From contig JADGIF010000428.1 in the NCBI GenBank assembly GCA_018985225.1, forward strand, positions 1 through 8,744: a DNA stretch of 8,744 bases. The letters run 5' to 3'. Of this stretch, positions 7,955 through 8,744 are shown piece after piece. The stretch comes from Amoeboradix gromovi X-113 (taxonomy: Eukaryota > Fungi > Sanchytriomycota). Each line of letters opens with the position of its first letter. The first letter of the stretch is position 1. The position numbers were made by a program, and so were the translations under genes. The notes beneath the pieces are model-generated. The model ran no database searches and was not told the DNA's origin. It worked only from the letters and a program-made list of their open reading frames with translations.

Positions 7955-8460
7955 ATGGATTTTAGCGACCTCTCCTTGGAGCTACTGTTGATGAAGAATG
8001 AAAAGCTATCCAATTTCGTTAGAGTTGCCACAATCCAAAAAGATTACGAAATATCCAACACCCAACTACGTAAGTGGGCAGAAGATGGGAAAGTTAAGTA
8101 TTTCAAAACATCAGGCGGATATAGACTCTACCATTTTAAAGACATCGGATGCTGTTTCGGAAATAAGGTTACCAATGAAAAGAAAGGCATCGTCTATTGT
8201 CGTGTATCCTCCCAGCATCAGAAGAAAGATCTTCAACGTCAAGTACTTTACATGCAAGAAAAATGTCCAGATCAAGAAATCATAAAGGATATTGGATCCG
8301 GAATCAATTTCAAAAGAAGAGGATTCTCCAGACTGCTTAAACTTGTTCAAGAAGATAAAGTTTTGACAATCACCATTACAGACAAAGATAGACTCTGCCG
8401 CTTTGGATATGACCTTTTTGAGAACATTGCGGATATCACCAAACAAAAGTCGTGGTTCTC
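7955..8460 (+). pseudogene. tnpA: IS607-family TnpA (MerR-like HTH plus serine recombinase), frameshifted at about 8428-8430 and lacking its C-terminal helix
   Basis: HTH region ISNTQLRKWAEDGKVKYFKTSGGYRLY. Catalytic motif YCRVSS (Ser codon 8207-8209), then DLQRQ, DIGSGINFKRRG and DRLCRFGYDLFE. TnpA-like sequence continues in frame +1 as (C)GYHQTKVVVL (8428-8460). An alternative start is the ATG at 7991. Confidence 0.92.
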
Positions 8461-8744
8461 CTTGTTTTTAAATCTGCAATTAAAAAGTATTACACTACGG
8501 TTACTAGAGATGTTGTCTGCGAAAACCAAGCAGGTAAAGCTTCAAATATTGCAGCGTTGGATCCAGGTGTTTGTACTTTTCAAACTGCCTATGGCTTAGA
8601 TGTCTCAGTCTCTTTCTTTGGATATGAATGTAGAAAGATTTTGAATAAATTACACCTACGAATAGATCATATCAATAAAGACATGGATAATATTAAGTCT
8701 CGTGGAAAGTACACTTCTCGTGGTAAGCAAAGAAAGATTAATAG
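8461..8744 (+). pseudogene. tnpB: Fanzor2/TnpB nuclease fragment (end of WED, RuvC-I and the following helix); N-terminal half missing; frame open to the window edge
   Basis: Not in the ORF track. Frame +1 reads LVFKSAIKKYYTTVTRDVVCENQAGKASNIAALDPGVCTFQTAYGLDVSVSFFGYECRKILNKLHLRIDHINKDMDNIKSRGKYTSRGKQRKIN. ALDPGVxTFxTxY is the RuvC-I signature of IS607-associated TnpB/Fanzor2 (Asp codon 8560-8562). Confidence 0.9.

Larger units (their letters stand above)
7851..8744 (+). mobile_element. IS607-like Fanzor2 transposon with an internal deletion; left end approximate, right part beyond the window
   Basis: tnpA followed by tnpB/Fanzor2 is the canonical IS607 order. The left boundary is not established from this window; 7851 is only a candidate, directly after a TTAG. 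Confidence 0.8.

Noticed and set aside
8431-8599. The last ~55 aa of the 214-aa TnpA ORF as genuine protein, and the overlapping ORFs 7998-8285, 8111-8446 and 8347-8529
   Set aside because: TnpA- and Fanzor-like motifs continue in frame +1, so the frame +2 tail is post-frameshift read-through. The other ORFs are shadows.

Overview
AT-rich, gene-dense eukaryotic DNA, probably from a fungus or protist. It carries an intronless GAR1 gene, two uncharacterised membrane-protein genes and a 444-aa protein with a zinc finger plus a putative His-Me (HNH-like) nuclease domain. The main signal is three pieces of an IS607-type / Fanzor2 (eukaryotic TnpB, RNA-guided nuclease) transposon family, all on the + strand and only partly visible in the ORF track. 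(1) Bases 1-364 are a decayed Fanzor 3' end (RuvC-III-like motif NRDNMAARNI) followed by a structured ~125-nt right end. (2) Bases ~2603-2790 are a second, diverged copy of that right end. Similarity between the two copies stops abruptly at a shared GAG, which defines a candidate omegaRNA scaffold and two different candidate guides. (3) Bases 7955-8744 hold an IS607 TnpA serine recombinase that, after a 1-nt frameshift, runs in frame into a Fanzor2 RuvC-I motif (ALDPGV(C)TFQTAY) and stays open to the window edge. All calls come from reading motifs and aligning by eye; no searches were run.
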